DNA of 20,000 bases, from IMG/VR virus record IMGVR_UViG_3300005201_000027; one strand, 5' to 3'. Source of the stretch: an uncultured virus (IMG/VR IMGVR_UViG_3300005201_000027) (Duplodnaviria > Heunggongvirae > Uroviricota > Caudoviricetes). Positions 1-8,803 of the stretch are shown in pieces; the first letter of the stretch is position 1; each line of letters starts with the position of its first letter. The notes under the pieces were generated by a model, which was given only the letters and a program-made list of their open reading frames with translations, ran no database searches and was not told the DNA's origin. Position numbers and translations under genes: made by a program.

Positions 1-250
1 CTACTAAACTATTGTGGTAACACAAATAGTGGCAAGACTAACTACCTTGGTATAGTAAAAATGTAAAGGATTGGGAAATCCGCATCTAAGCACCTAGTAG
101 CTAAGAAGCTAGGTGAAAGTTCAGAGCATAGAGCGTGAGTAAGCTAACAATAACCGCTCCACGAGTGCCCGACACTTTACGTGAAGATGTATGCCGAACT
201 TGCGTGAAAACGTAAGAAGTTAGGATAAAAACCCTAACGATAACATTTTG
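1..250 (+). ncRNA. Group I self-splicing intron, 3' portion (5' end outside the window), in the dUTPase gene
   Basis: Q-like AATCCGCATCTAAG (~77-90). R-like GTTCAGAGCATA (~119-130) and S-like AAGATGTATGCC (~184-195) give a compensated P7 pair GCATA/TATGC. P5a-like GTATAGTAAAAA, P7.1 stem GAGCG..CGCTC, P9 stem CTTGCGT-GAAA-ACGTAAG, P9.1 stem GTTAGG..CCTAAC. Terminal G at 250 lies just before the dUTPase frame resumes. Confidence 0.88.
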
Positions 251-418
251 GATTTCGGAGAAGAAATTACAATCAGTCTTGATAATACATCTGACACCGA
301 TTACGTTATTAACAAAGGTGACCGCATTGCACAAGGGTTGTTCCAAAAGTATTTATTAGCAGATGATGACAACGTTACGAAAAAAAGAGTTGGCGGTATC
401 GGGTCAACAGGAAAGTAG
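251..418 (+). CDS. dut: Trimeric dUTPase, 3' exon
   Basis: Translates to DFGEEITISLDNTSDTDYVINKGDRIAQGLFQKYLLADDDNVTKKRVGGIGSTGK*: end of motif III, motif IV (GDRIAQ) and motif V (RxGGxGSTG). Missed by the ORF track. Confidence 0.92.
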   Translation, partial: DFGEEITISLDNTSDTDYVINKGDRIAQGLFQKYLLADDDNVTKKRVGGIGSTGK

Positions 419-428
419 GTTTAAAATT

Positions 429-2525
429 ATGAGTATTTTTTTAGAACTCAACGCTAGTATCACGAAGCGTAGAGAAGACGGTTTTTTTGACCTTGATAAA
501 GACAAGGAAGCTGTAAAGGAATATATGAAACACGTTAAGGAAAACTCTATGAAGTTTCCTGATAGTATCACTAGGCTTAGATGGTTGGTTGATAATAATT
601 ATTATTACAACGTGTTTGAGAAGTACTCAGAGGAAGAGTTGATAGATTTTATTTTCAATACAATTGCGGAGATGCCTGTGGAACACCACGATAGCTTTAT
701 GGGCGCTTCTGCTTTTTATCAAGATTACGCACTAAAGACCAATGACAAAAAGATGTGGCTAGAAAATTACAGAGAGCATTGCCAAATTGTGGCTCTATAT
801 TTAGCAGATGGTAACATTGATTATGCCCTAAATTTAGCTGAAATTATGCTCAAAAAGCAGTACACACCTGCCACACCAGTATTTACAAACGCTGGGCGCA
901 AACGTGGTGGAATGCTAATCTCATGTTTCCTTTTATCCGTTGATGATAGCTTGAATGCAATATTTAATAGCATCTCAACTAGCGCACAGTTGTCTAAAGT
1001 AGGAGGTGGAGTAGCCGTAAATCTTTCTAATATTCGTGCTATGGGGTCTACTATCAAGGATATCGAGGGTGTAGCTAGTGGGGTAATCCCTGTTACTAAA
1101 CTACTTGAAGATACTTTTTCATACGCAAATCAATTAGGGACACGTCCCGGAGCTGGAGTTGCTAATCTTAACATATTTCATCGGGATATACTAGATTTTT
1201 TAGGCACGAAAAAAATAAACACTGACGAAAAGACTAGACTTAAAACTCTATCTATAGGACTAATCGTGCCCGACTTGTTTATTGAACTAGTTAAAGAGAA
1301 CGCAGATATCTTTACGTTCGACCCTTACGAGGTTAAAAAGATTACTGGTAATGATTTTGATTCAATCATTTGGACAAAAGAACTGTATGCACTACTACTG
1401 TTTAAGGGTGCAGGTAAGAAGCTAGATTTAACAGCTAGACAATTACTCACAGAGATTGAGAAAACTAGGTTAGAATCAGGATACCCTTACTATACGTTTA
1501 TTGATAATGCCAACAAAGCACATAACCTAAATGGATTAGGAATGATTAAGCAGTCAAATTTATGTCAAGAGATATTCGAGTTACAAGAAACAACTGTAAT
1601 CAAAGACGTAGGCGAAGCTACTGATTATAAGCGTGACGTTCTATGTAATCTCGGCTCATTAAGTATTCCGCAAGTTATGAAATCAGGAGATTTTCCAAAG
1701 ATTGTGGGAACTGCTATTAGAGCATTATCCCAAGTAAGTAAAATCACGCATATCCCTAACGCTCCGACAATCAACAATGCTAATGATTCTTTACACGCAG
1801 TCGGTCTCGGGGCAATGGGATTACATGGTTATCTAGCAAGCGTTGGAATCAATTACGAATCAGATGAAGCTAAAGATTTTGCAGATGTGTTCTTTGCAAC
1901 AGTTAGATATTACGCTATTAGGGAATCAATGTTAATCGCTAAGGAACTGGGCGAAACATTTGATGGATTTAATAAATCTGATTATGCTAACGGTAAAGTT
2001 TTTGAACCCTACATTGACACATACTATGAAGCTAATTCAATCAAAGTAGCAGAATTGTTTAAAGATATCCATATCCCTACTTGTGTAGATTGGGCAAGGT
2101 TGAAATCAGATGTTAATAAATACGGTATGTACAACGGATACCTTATGGCATGTGCCCCAAATGCAAGCATCTCATACTTATTTGGAATAACACCTAGCAT
2201 CATGCCAATTAATCAAAAGATAGAAACACGCACTAAAGGAAACCGCACTACTTACTTCCCTATGCCTAATCTATCTCCAACCACGCAGTGGTATTATAAA
2301 GAAGCACACAACATTGACCAATACAAACTAATCGACTTAGTAGCAACGATTCAAAAACACGTTGACCAAGGGATTAGCTGTACACTATTTGCACCACGAG
2401 ACGTGAGCACAAGAGATTTAGCCAAATATGCTGTATATGCGCACAAGAAAGGATTAAAGAGCTTGTATTACTTGCGTGTTTATAACAGTGGTGATATCGC
2501 TGAATGCCTATCGTGTAGCGTGTAA
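429..2525 (+). CDS. nrdE: Class Ib ribonucleotide reductase alpha subunit
   Basis: PATPVFTNAG, LISCFLL, GGGVAVNLS, SNLCQEI, CNLGS, KSLYY and C-terminal ECLSCSV motifs. The real start is probably ATG 429 (MSIFLELN), since 363-418 overlaps the dut exon. Confidence 0.96.
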   Translation: MSIFLELNASITKRREDGFFDLDKDKEAVKEYMKHVKENSMKFPDSITRLRWLVDNNYYYNVFEKYSEEELIDFIFNTIAEMPVEHHDSFMGASAFYQDYALKTNDKKMWLENYREHCQIVALYLADGNIDYALNLAEIMLKKQYTPATPVFTNAGRKRGGMLISCFLLSVDDSLNAIFNSISTSAQLSKVGGGVAVNLSNIRAMGSTIKDIEGVASGVIPVTKLLEDTFSYANQLGTRPGAGVANLNIFHRDILDFLGTKKINTDEKTRLKTLSIGLIVPDLFIELVKENADIFTFDPYEVKKITGNDFDSIIWTKELYALLLFKGAGKKLDLTARQLLTEIEKTRLESGYPYYTFIDNANKAHNLNGLGMIKQSNLCQEIFELQETTVIKDVGEATDYKRDVLCNLGSLSIPQVMKSGDFPKIVGTAIRALSQVSKITHIPNAPTINNANDSLHAVGLGAMGLHGYLASVGINYESDEAKDFADVFFATVRYYAIRESMLIAKELGETFDGFNKSDYANGKVFEPYIDTYYEANSIKVAELFKDIHIPTCVDWARLKSDVNKYGMYNGYLMACAPNASISYLFGITPSIMPINQKIETRTKGNRTTYFPMPNLSPTTQWYYKEAHNIDQYKLIDLVATIQKHVDQGISCTLFAPRDVSTRDLAKYAVYAHKKGLKSLYYLRVYNSGDIAECLSCSV

Positions 2526-2573
2526 GATTGAAATTAAGAGGTGCTAATGCTCCTCAGAATGAGGTGATTCAAA

Positions 2574-2948
2574 TTGTTAATAGCATTTGATAGCCGAACT
2601 GGTAACATCAAAAGGTTTGTCCGAAAATTAGATTTAGATTATGTTGACATCAATAATTTAGAAAAAGATTTGGACAATCCTTTTTTGCTTGTTACTTATA
2701 CAGATTCGGTAGGTAAAGTACCACCAACTACTGCTAAATTCCTACGCACGCATAAGCACCTATGCGTAGGTGTAGCAGGTAGCGGAAATAAAAATTGGGG
2801 CTGTCACTACAATAAAGCAGTAGATATAATCAGCAACAAATTAAAAGTACCGATTGTCCATAAATTTGAATTATCAGGTACGAAAGAAGATTTAGAAATA
2901 GTAGGGAGTTGGATTAAGAATTATGAGCAATTACTACAAAACACCTAA
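2574..2948 (+). CDS. nrdI: Flavodoxin-like NrdI
   Basis: FDSRTGNIKRFV, VTYT..G.VP, GVAGSGNKNWG and KFELSGT motifs. TTG start with GAGGTG RBS. Confidence 0.95.
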   Translation: MLIAFDSRTGNIKRFVRKLDLDYVDINNLEKDLDNPFLLVTYTDSVGKVPPTTAKFLRTHKHLCVGVAGSGNKNWGCHYNKAVDIISNKLKVPIVHKFELSGTKEDLEIVGSWIKNYEQLLQNT

Positions 2949-3906
2949 AGCAGTTAATTGGAACAGTCCTAGTGATAATGTTTCTGAAATGGTTTGGGAA
3001 ACGCAGGTAACTCAATTTTGGTTGCCAATGGAGATTAGTGTCAGCAAAGATAAGCAAGACTGGCTAGAATTAACAGTAGCCGAACGTGAAGTTTTCAAAA
3101 AAGTACTAGTGGGTCTTACTATGCTTGACTCTAAACAAGGTGGAGAAACAATGGCAATCATACCGTTGCACATAAATGACCCTATCCAAAAGGCAGTATT
3201 AATCTCATTTGCATTTTTCGAGCAAATTCACGCTAAAAGCTACTCGAATATTTTCTCAACACTAATCCCAACTAATGAAATTGAAGAATTGTTTGAGTGG
3301 GTAGAAACAAATGAGTTTATTAAATTTAAATCAACTGCTATTACTGAGGTGACATTGCAACTCCTCACACTCTATCCAAATCCTGTTGATATCTATTTAG
3401 CTATGTGCGCTTCTGTATTCTTAGAATCATTCTTATTTTACAGTGGGTTCTTCTATCCCTTGTACCTAGGCGGTAAAGGTAAAATGGTAGCGAGTGCGGA
3501 AATGATTAGACTTATCGTTCGTGACGAAAATATCCACGGAACATTTACAGGAGTTTTAGCACAAAATCTATACGAAAAACTTACCCTAGAGGAAAAGAGT
3601 AGAGCTACGGAATATCGAGATAAATTATTTCACGAGCTTTACCCTAATGAAGTCGAATACACTGAATTTATTTATTCTCCTATCGGATTAGAGCAAGAAG
3701 TAATTGAGTTCCTGAAATATAATGCTAATAAAGCTTACATGAATTTGGGATTAGAGCCTGTATTTGATAACGTTTCAATCAATCCCATTGTTGAAAATTC
3801 CTTAAATACAGAAAGTAGCACAATGGACTTTTTCAGCGTGAAAGGCAATAGTTACGTTAAAGCAAGTGTTGTGGAGGATTTAAATGACGACGACTTCGAC
3901 TTCTAA
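2923..3906 (+). CDS. nrdF: Class Ib ribonucleotide reductase beta subunit
   Basis: Ferritin-like ligands LTMLD, EQIHAKSY, LESFLFYSGF and RDENIHG. C-terminal DFFSVKGNSY and acidic DDFDF tail. Confidence 0.96.
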   Translation: MSNYYKTPKAVNWNSPSDNVSEMVWETQVTQFWLPMEISVSKDKQDWLELTVAEREVFKKVLVGLTMLDSKQGGETMAIIPLHINDPIQKAVLISFAFFEQIHAKSYSNIFSTLIPTNEIEELFEWVETNEFIKFKSTAITEVTLQLLTLYPNPVDIYLAMCASVFLESFLFYSGFFYPLYLGGKGKMVASAEMIRLIVRDENIHGTFTGVLAQNLYEKLTLEEKSRATEYRDKLFHELYPNEVEYTEFIYSPIGLEQEVIEFLKYNANKAYMNLGLEPVFDNVSINPIVENSLNTESSTMDFFSVKGNSYVKASVVEDLNDDDFDF

Positions 3907-3997
3907 ACTTAAATGGATTTGTATGACATTGCTTAACGTTGCAATAGTAACAGGAATAATCTTTGCTAGAAATAATAACAGAAACGAGGTATCAACA

Positions 3998-4198
3998 ATG
4001 AACACCACCCCACATAACCTAGGAGGAGTAGCACACTTTACAGTACCGTTTAGTTTCATTGAAATAGAGCTACGGTATTGGCCAATTACTAAATTTAACC
4101 AGTTGGAATTAGTTGACATTCAGGGTAATTCACACTTTGTTGATAAATCTCATGTAATCATTACTCATTACAGGTCGGAGGAATCCGATGGGAATTAA
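3998..4198 (+). CDS. Small hypothetical protein
   Basis: GAGGT RBS before ATG 3998. Overlaps the start of the next gene. Confidence 0.55.
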   Translation: MNTTPHNLGGVAHFTVPFSFIEIELRYWPITKFNQLELVDIQGNSHFVDKSHVIITHYRSEESDGN

Positions 4199-4736
4199 AA
4201 TTGCACTTACAGGATTCAGCGGAAGCGGTAAAGACACCATAGCTGAAATTATGCGAGAAGTATTAGCCGAACACGATAAGAATATTTTTCGCCTATCCTT
4301 TGGCGACGGAATGAAGCAAGCTTTTTTCAATCTGTTCCCACACATCTCACCAGACCCTAAGCCTACTGCTGATTTTGTTAAATTTGGTACCGCTATGCGT
4401 GAAATTGATTCTAAAATTTGGGTCAAGAAATTAGAAGAACGCTATCACCTAACTAATCTCAACAACCAGACTAATTTTGTCATTACCGATTTGCGTAATG
4501 AAGATGAATACGACTGGTGCGTAAAGAATGGATTTAAGATTGTCTTAGTAATCTGTAAAGACGATATTAGAAACAATCGTTGTGCGGAACGTGGGGATAG
4601 GGAAGTACTGAAAAATAACATAGCAGAAACATTTATCTCAAAAATGCTCCTAGATGATGAAATCATTAATCAAGGTAGCATCCAAGATTTAAAGCACGAG
4701 GTGCGTAAAATGCTATGGCGACAGGGGTTGAGTTAA
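4188..4736 (+). CDS. Deoxynucleoside monophosphate kinase (phage type)
   Basis: P-loop GFSGSGKDT plus SFGDGMK, FGTAMR...WV and ITDLR.EDE motifs. GGAGG RBS. Confidence 0.85.
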   Translation: MGIKIALTGFSGSGKDTIAEIMREVLAEHDKNIFRLSFGDGMKQAFFNLFPHISPDPKPTADFVKFGTAMREIDSKIWVKKLEERYHLTNLNNQTNFVITDLRNEDEYDWCVKNGFKIVLVICKDDIRNNRCAERGDREVLKNNIAETFISKMLLDDEIINQGSIQDLKHEVRKMLWRQGLS

Positions 4737-5860
4737 TGGAATTGACAAAAGGATTTAACGACAGTGAATTTGCAGATAGCAGTTATTCGCACACTGCAAG
4801 AACTGCCCAAAAGATTGCTGATAAATTTATCGACCACTTGAATGAGTTCCATACGCTTAACATTCCTGAAAATGAGGCGGTGCTAAAGGATTTGTATACT
4901 TCATATATTGAAGCATTTGATAATCCATTCAAGCTACCTATTGGTCACAAGGATATTCCGATGTTTCGCCCATCTGGTTTAGGTGGGTGTCCGTTAGAAC
5001 ACTATCATAGATTATCGGGTAGCAAGTCCGATTACAAAGATGATTACAAGGAAATTCCCTACCAAAAGCGTTGGAAAGATATCGGGACTTCTTTAGGGGA
5101 CTTAGTACAGAAGTGGGTGTTAGAAACATCTGCTTACTACAATAATCCTACATTTAAATTCGAAGCTAGTCCTCACTTTACAGCTCCGCACTTTGAACAA
5201 TTCTCTACTATATCTAAAGTGTTCGAACATAACGGTAAAGTATTCCGCTTACAAGGCTCTACCGATGGTATTATGATTTACACCAACGAATATGGCGAAA
5301 GATTGCGAGTAGGGTTGGAAGTAAAATCTAAGCAAACCTCATATGCAGTAACTTCTATGCGAAACATGATAGCGCCAAATGCTAAACACGTCACTCAAAT
5401 TACAGGGTATAGCCTAATGTTTGATGTAGATTACTGGATTATCCTGTACGTAAATGGCTCTAAAATGTCGTGGACAATGGATGAAACCAACATTACCAAA
5501 TACCCTGACATTAGAGCGTTTGGGGTATACGTGACGGAAGATATGAAACAAGAGGCTTTGGATAAAATGGCTACAATTCTCGATAACGTCTACACACAAA
5601 CTCCACCTAAGATGGATTTAGACGGTTGGACATTCAATAATTACAAAGAAGCCATTGCTAAATCTTTGTCAGAAGACGAACTGCAAGAGATTAAATCCAA
5701 TTTTGAAGAAATGCCTAAACATATCGTTACCATCAAAACAGGTAAAGAGAGAGCTAACGCTAAACGCAATCAATTAGAAAAAATCTATAACGAAATCTTA
5801 GAAAAACGTGGGGGAAATACTGGTGACGGAACATACAAAAGAAGTTTATCGGAAGATTAA
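4736..5860 (+). CDS. PD-(D/E)XK, Cas4-like exonuclease
   Basis: FRPSGLGGCP, GSTDG, GLEVKSK and HVTQITGY motifs. TAATG coupling to the kinase gene. Confidence 0.75.
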   Translation: MELTKGFNDSEFADSSYSHTARTAQKIADKFIDHLNEFHTLNIPENEAVLKDLYTSYIEAFDNPFKLPIGHKDIPMFRPSGLGGCPLEHYHRLSGSKSDYKDDYKEIPYQKRWKDIGTSLGDLVQKWVLETSAYYNNPTFKFEASPHFTAPHFEQFSTISKVFEHNGKVFRLQGSTDGIMIYTNEYGERLRVGLEVKSKQTSYAVTSMRNMIAPNAKHVTQITGYSLMFDVDYWIILYVNGSKMSWTMDETNITKYPDIRAFGVYVTEDMKQEALDKMATILDNVYTQTPPKMDLDGWTFNNYKEAIAKSLSEDELQEIKSNFEEMPKHIVTIKTGKERANAKRNQLEKIYNEILEKRGGNTGDGTYKRSLSED

Positions 5861-6071
5861 AAATAATACACCGCTTATGCCTATGCAAAAGGTTATAATC
5901 GAACTACATTATGGATTTAAGAAGAAGCCTATGCCATTAGAAGAAATAGCAGAACAACTTAATATGAGTTTATTAGGAGTATCTGTTAATCACGATATGG
6001 CTATACGGACTATGCGCAACACCGCTAAAGAATTAAATCTTAGTTGGAGAGGAGTAAATCTAAATGCTTAA
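5808..6071 (+). CDS. Sigma-70 region 4-like HTH protein
   Basis: LMPMQKVIIELHYG...PLEEIAEQLNMS..GV....DMAIRTMR fits the region 4 pattern. No region 2, so not a full sigma factor. Confidence 0.75.
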   Translation: MGEILVTEHTKEVYRKIKNNTPLMPMQKVIIELHYGFKKKPMPLEEIAEQLNMSLLGVSVNHDMAIRTMRNTAKELNLSWRGVNLNA

Positions 6072-6240
6072 AGTAATCGTATCAAGCCTATTAACAACCG
6101 TATTAATTTTCACGTTAATCACAATTGGTTATAATATCTTGCTTCTTTTTATCGCTAGGGGAGTGGTAGTAAATATCATTCTAAATATACTAGCAATTGG
6201 TGGGTTAGCTTTCTTAGCCACTCTTGCAGAAGAACAGTAA
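6064..6240 (+). CDS. Small two-TM membrane protein (58 aa)
   Basis: MLKVIVSSLLTTVLIFTLITIGYNILLLFIARGVVVNIILNILAIGGLAFLATLAEEQ*, with a GAGGAG RBS. Confidence 0.7.
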   Translation: MLKVIVSSLLTTVLIFTLITIGYNILLLFIARGVVVNIILNILAIGGLAFLATLAEEQ

Positions 6241-6426
6241 ACAAAATAAAAAAATCCTAGTANNNNNNNNNNNNNNNNNNNNNNNNNNNNNNNNNNNNNN
6301 NNNNNNNNNNNNNNNNNNNNNNNNNNNNNNNNNNNNNNNNNNNNNNNNNNNNNNNNNNNNNNNNNNNNNNNNNNNNNNNNNNNNNNNNNNNNNNNNNNNN
6401 NNTACTAGGATTTTTTTATTTTGTTT
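6239..6426. repeat. 24-bp perfect inverted repeat flanking a 140-N gap; probable bidirectional terminator
   Basis: AAACAAAATAAAAAAATCCTAGTA (6239-6262) and TACTAGGATTTTTTTATTTTGTTT (6403-6426), between convergent genes. Confidence 0.8.
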
Positions 6427-6431
6427 TTATA

Positions 6432-6728
6432 TTATTTATTTTTAGGGAACGTCTTAGCTAACGTTTCTTCTAACCATGCCACACCTAAATCACTCCATTT
6501 AAGTGTGTTGCCACTGTTCTTGACATACTCTTTAGCTCCATCAACAGGGACTAATTTAATCTTATCGCCTACTGTCACTTCTTCTAATACACCTGCTTTT
6601 ACTAACGCTTGATGGATAGGTCTTGACGAACCTTTATACCCACTGGCTTCTAATACTTTCTTTGTGCTATGTGGGTATGCTTCATCTCTAGTAGAAAGAT
6701 ATGGGGATAAATCTATTGCTTCTAACAT
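6432..6728 (-). CDS. Hypothetical protein, possibly DNA-binding
   Basis: 98-aa ORF with AGAGGTGA RBS and its own promoter. Confidence 0.7.
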   Translation of the reverse strand: MLEAIDLSPYLSTRDEAYPHSTKKVLEASGYKGSSRPIHQALVKAGVLEEVTVGDKIKLVPVDGAKEYVKNSGNTLKWSDLGVAWLEETLAKTFPKNK

Positions 6729-6747
6729 ATAATCACCTCTTTATTTG

Positions 6748-6785
6748 ATACCTTTATTATAGCATATTAAAGGTATTCTATTCAA
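6748..6785 (-). promoter_or_regulatory. SigmaA promoter overlapped by an inverted-repeat operator
   Basis: TTGAAT-18-TATAAT with extended TG. Inverted repeat ATACCTTTA (6748-6756) / TAAAGGTAT (6768-6776). Confidence 0.7.
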
Positions 6786-6808
6786 ACTAATCAGTACGAC
6801 AAATTATG

Positions 6809-7096
6809 CTATAAATCTAATTGAAGATACTGGATACTATTAGCGATTCTTTCTGATTCTCTTTCTAATCTCAACAGTTCCGCTAGCTTGTCGCCAACAG
6901 ATAATAAATCACCATAGCAGAACATGATAATAAATTTAACATGAGTGTCGCTTACTTTAGTCCTATTCTTAACCCACATAGACATAGTATTTTGTGGGAT
7001 ACCTGTATCTTTAGACAATTCGTAACGTGTTAGCTTGTAAGACTGGCAATAAAGGTCAATCCAATGGGGTGGGGTTAGATTATGTTTTCTATTCAT
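6809..7096 (-). CDS. XRE/Cro-like HTH protein
   Basis: LTRYELSKDTGIPQNTMSMW HTH pattern. Confidence 0.7.
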   Translation of the reverse strand: MNRKHNLTPPHWIDLYCQSYKLTRYELSKDTGIPQNTMSMWVKNRTKVSDTHVKFIIMFCYGDLLSVGDKLAELLRLERESERIANSIQYLQLDL

Positions 7097-8069
7097 GAAT
7101 AGACCTCATATTTTGCATTTCTTCTTTTAAAAACTCTCTACAAGACATCTCAAACAACCGTTGCGCCCACCTTATGAAATTATCCCTGTCTTTTTCAAAT
7201 CCCATTGATACTGAATAGGAATATTCTTTAATGCCTAGATACCTAAACAATCCACTTCGTTCTTCATCTTTGATATTATTCCAATATCTCGAAACCCACT
7301 CTTTAAAATTCTTATTTACGAAAATCGTATCACTATCTAATTCAAATAGCATCGACTTTGGATTCCCATACTTTTTACTAAATGTTTTAGCATTAAACAC
7401 TTCGTGTTCAAACCATTCGGATAAATCTTTAAAGTAGTCCACATAAATTGTTCTACCATTACTCTTAAACAAATCCTCAAACACCTTGTTTCTTCCAATA
7501 GAAAAGTCTTCCGAATACTTAGAAATACCCTCCTCTGCAAATCGTCTCTCTTTGTTGTTTTGAAATACCTTAAAAATAAGAACTTTAACAATCTCACCAG
7601 TTTCTTTATTATATTCATATCCATAATTACCGTCCGATTTTGGTAGTGTGATTATTTTTCCTGTATTATAAGAGAATTTTTCGATATTAATATACCTGTC
7701 GATACTCCACTCATTTTTACTATAATTCAAAGCAGGTAAAAGCAGTAACGGATTTTCTTTGACACGCTCCTCTATTCTCATTTTTTCTATCTCGTCCAAC
7801 TTCTCATTACGTCTTGTGATACCCTCATTAAATCTCATTGTGGAATTTGGTGTATCGTCCACTATAAGTTGTAATTTATCTTTATGCTGAATATCCTTTC
7901 GTGCATTTTCTTCCCAAAACTGTTTTTGTGATTTTTCAAATTCTCTATTAGCTTTACAGCCTGCCCACTTAATAAGACTATCAATTACACCTAGTGACGT
8001 TTTCCTAACAATCCTAGCTCCTAATCTTTCTTTCTTAACAATCGGCACAAACTTAATTCGTCCAAACAT
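7089..8069 (-). CDS. Hypothetical protein (~326 aa)
   Basis: Long ORF overlapping the start of the downstream gene. No motif recognised. Confidence 0.7.
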   Translation of the reverse strand: MFGRIKFVPIVKKERLGARIVRKTSLGVIDSLIKWAGCKANREFEKSQKQFWEENARKDIQHKDKLQLIVDDTPNSTMRFNEGITRRNEKLDEIEKMRIEERVKENPLLLLPALNYSKNEWSIDRYINIEKFSYNTGKIITLPKSDGNYGYEYNKETGEIVKVLIFKVFQNNKERRFAEEGISKYSEDFSIGRNKVFEDLFKSNGRTIYVDYFKDLSEWFEHEVFNAKTFSKKYGNPKSMLFELDSDTIFVNKNFKEWVSRYWNNIKDEERSGLFRYLGIKEYSYSVSMGFEKDRDNFIRWAQRLFEMSCREFLKEEMQNMRSIHE

Positions 8070-8171
8070 TCCCACCACGTCCTTATAATTAATCTCTTTA
8101 CGTCAAACATTGAATTAATAGGTAGGCAACAGCTATCATTGCCCACTATATACTTACCATACTACCACAAT

Positions 8172-8336
8172 TTATTTTTTATTAAGCTTCTCATACTCTT
8201 TGTCGATAAATTTTTCGACCAAATCGGCTTGTGTTACGCCTTTGTGATTGCAAATTTCCCTAAACTTCTTCAAATATTCGGGCTTAATTTTTAGGGAAAG
8301 TCGTGCGCATCTGTTTACTGTAATCGGTCTAGCCAT
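8172..8336 (-). CDS. Ribbon-helix-helix (CopG/Arc-like) DNA-binding protein, 54 aa
   Basis: MARPITVNRCARLSLKIKPEYLKKFREICNHKGVTQADLVEKFIDKEYEKLNKK*: alternating beta strand, helix, G-x-T/S turn, helix. AGGTGGTGA RBS. Not in the ORF track. Confidence 0.8.
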   Translation of the reverse strand: MARPITVNRCARLSLKIKPEYLKKFREICNHKGVTQADLVEKFIDKEYEKLNKK

Positions 8337-8382
8337 TATTTTCACCACCTGTATAAATTATTTGGCATAGGTCTATAATACT

Positions 8383-8757
8383 AGTAAGCTATCACCGCCA
8401 CATTAGGGGGAGACTAGTAGAAAGAACTTTCCTCAAAAGTTTTATTTCCATGCTCTAACTATTTGCGACGTTTCCGCTTAATATAGGGCTTAACGTATTC
8501 CTCACTTACATAGACGACCGCTAACCATTATGAATGACTTTAGGGAATAAGTACCGTGCTTTTCATTCATTAGAACCATTTTCTTATAATTCCCTTTCTA
8601 AATCAGCGATAATTTTAGAGATGTGCCCTTTATCGGTAGCTAACGTCACACGTTCGTTGTTTTGCAATTAAAGTAAGGAATTGAGTCAATACTATTTTAA
8701 GCATAATTTCACCGCCTTTCATTAGAGAATGCCCTAATGTGGCTGTAATAGCTTACT
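8383..8757 (-). ncRNA. Candidate structured RNA closed by a 26-bp long-range stem
   Basis: 8732-8757 and 8383-8408 are complementary at 24/26 positions, and one difference is a G-U pair on the minus strand. Several internal hairpins, no long ORF, strong promoter upstream. Confidence 0.55.
8630..8704 (-). CDS. Putative 24-aa peptide inside the structured RNA
   Basis: GAAAGGCGGTGA RBS followed by MLKIVLTQFLTLIAKQRTCDVSYR*. Confidence 0.4.
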   Translation of the reverse strand: MLKIVLTQFLTLIAKQRTCDVSYR

Positions 8758-8803
8758 CATACCATAACTTACCTCAATACCTAGAAATAGGTATTTTTAT
8801 TTT

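Noticed and set aside
101..346. 81-aa minus-strand ORF
   Set aside because: It is a shadow of the intron and the dut exon on the plus strand.
363..428. N-terminal extension of NrdE in the ORF track
   Set aside because: It overlaps the dut 3' exon in another frame. The NrdE-like sequence begins at ATG 429.
429..3906. Intein or intron in nrdE/nrdF, or a metal-free class Ie beta subunit
   Set aside because: Both ORFs have normal length and are continuous, and all carboxylate and His ligands are present.
6224..6445. ORFs spanning the N gaps (also 17248-17801)
   Set aside because: They are artefacts of N runs that lack stop codons.
8383..8757. Retron msr-msd, tmRNA or mini-CRISPR interpretation
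   Set aside because: There is no reverse transcriptase in the window, no tRNA-like ends, and no repeat-spacer periodicity.
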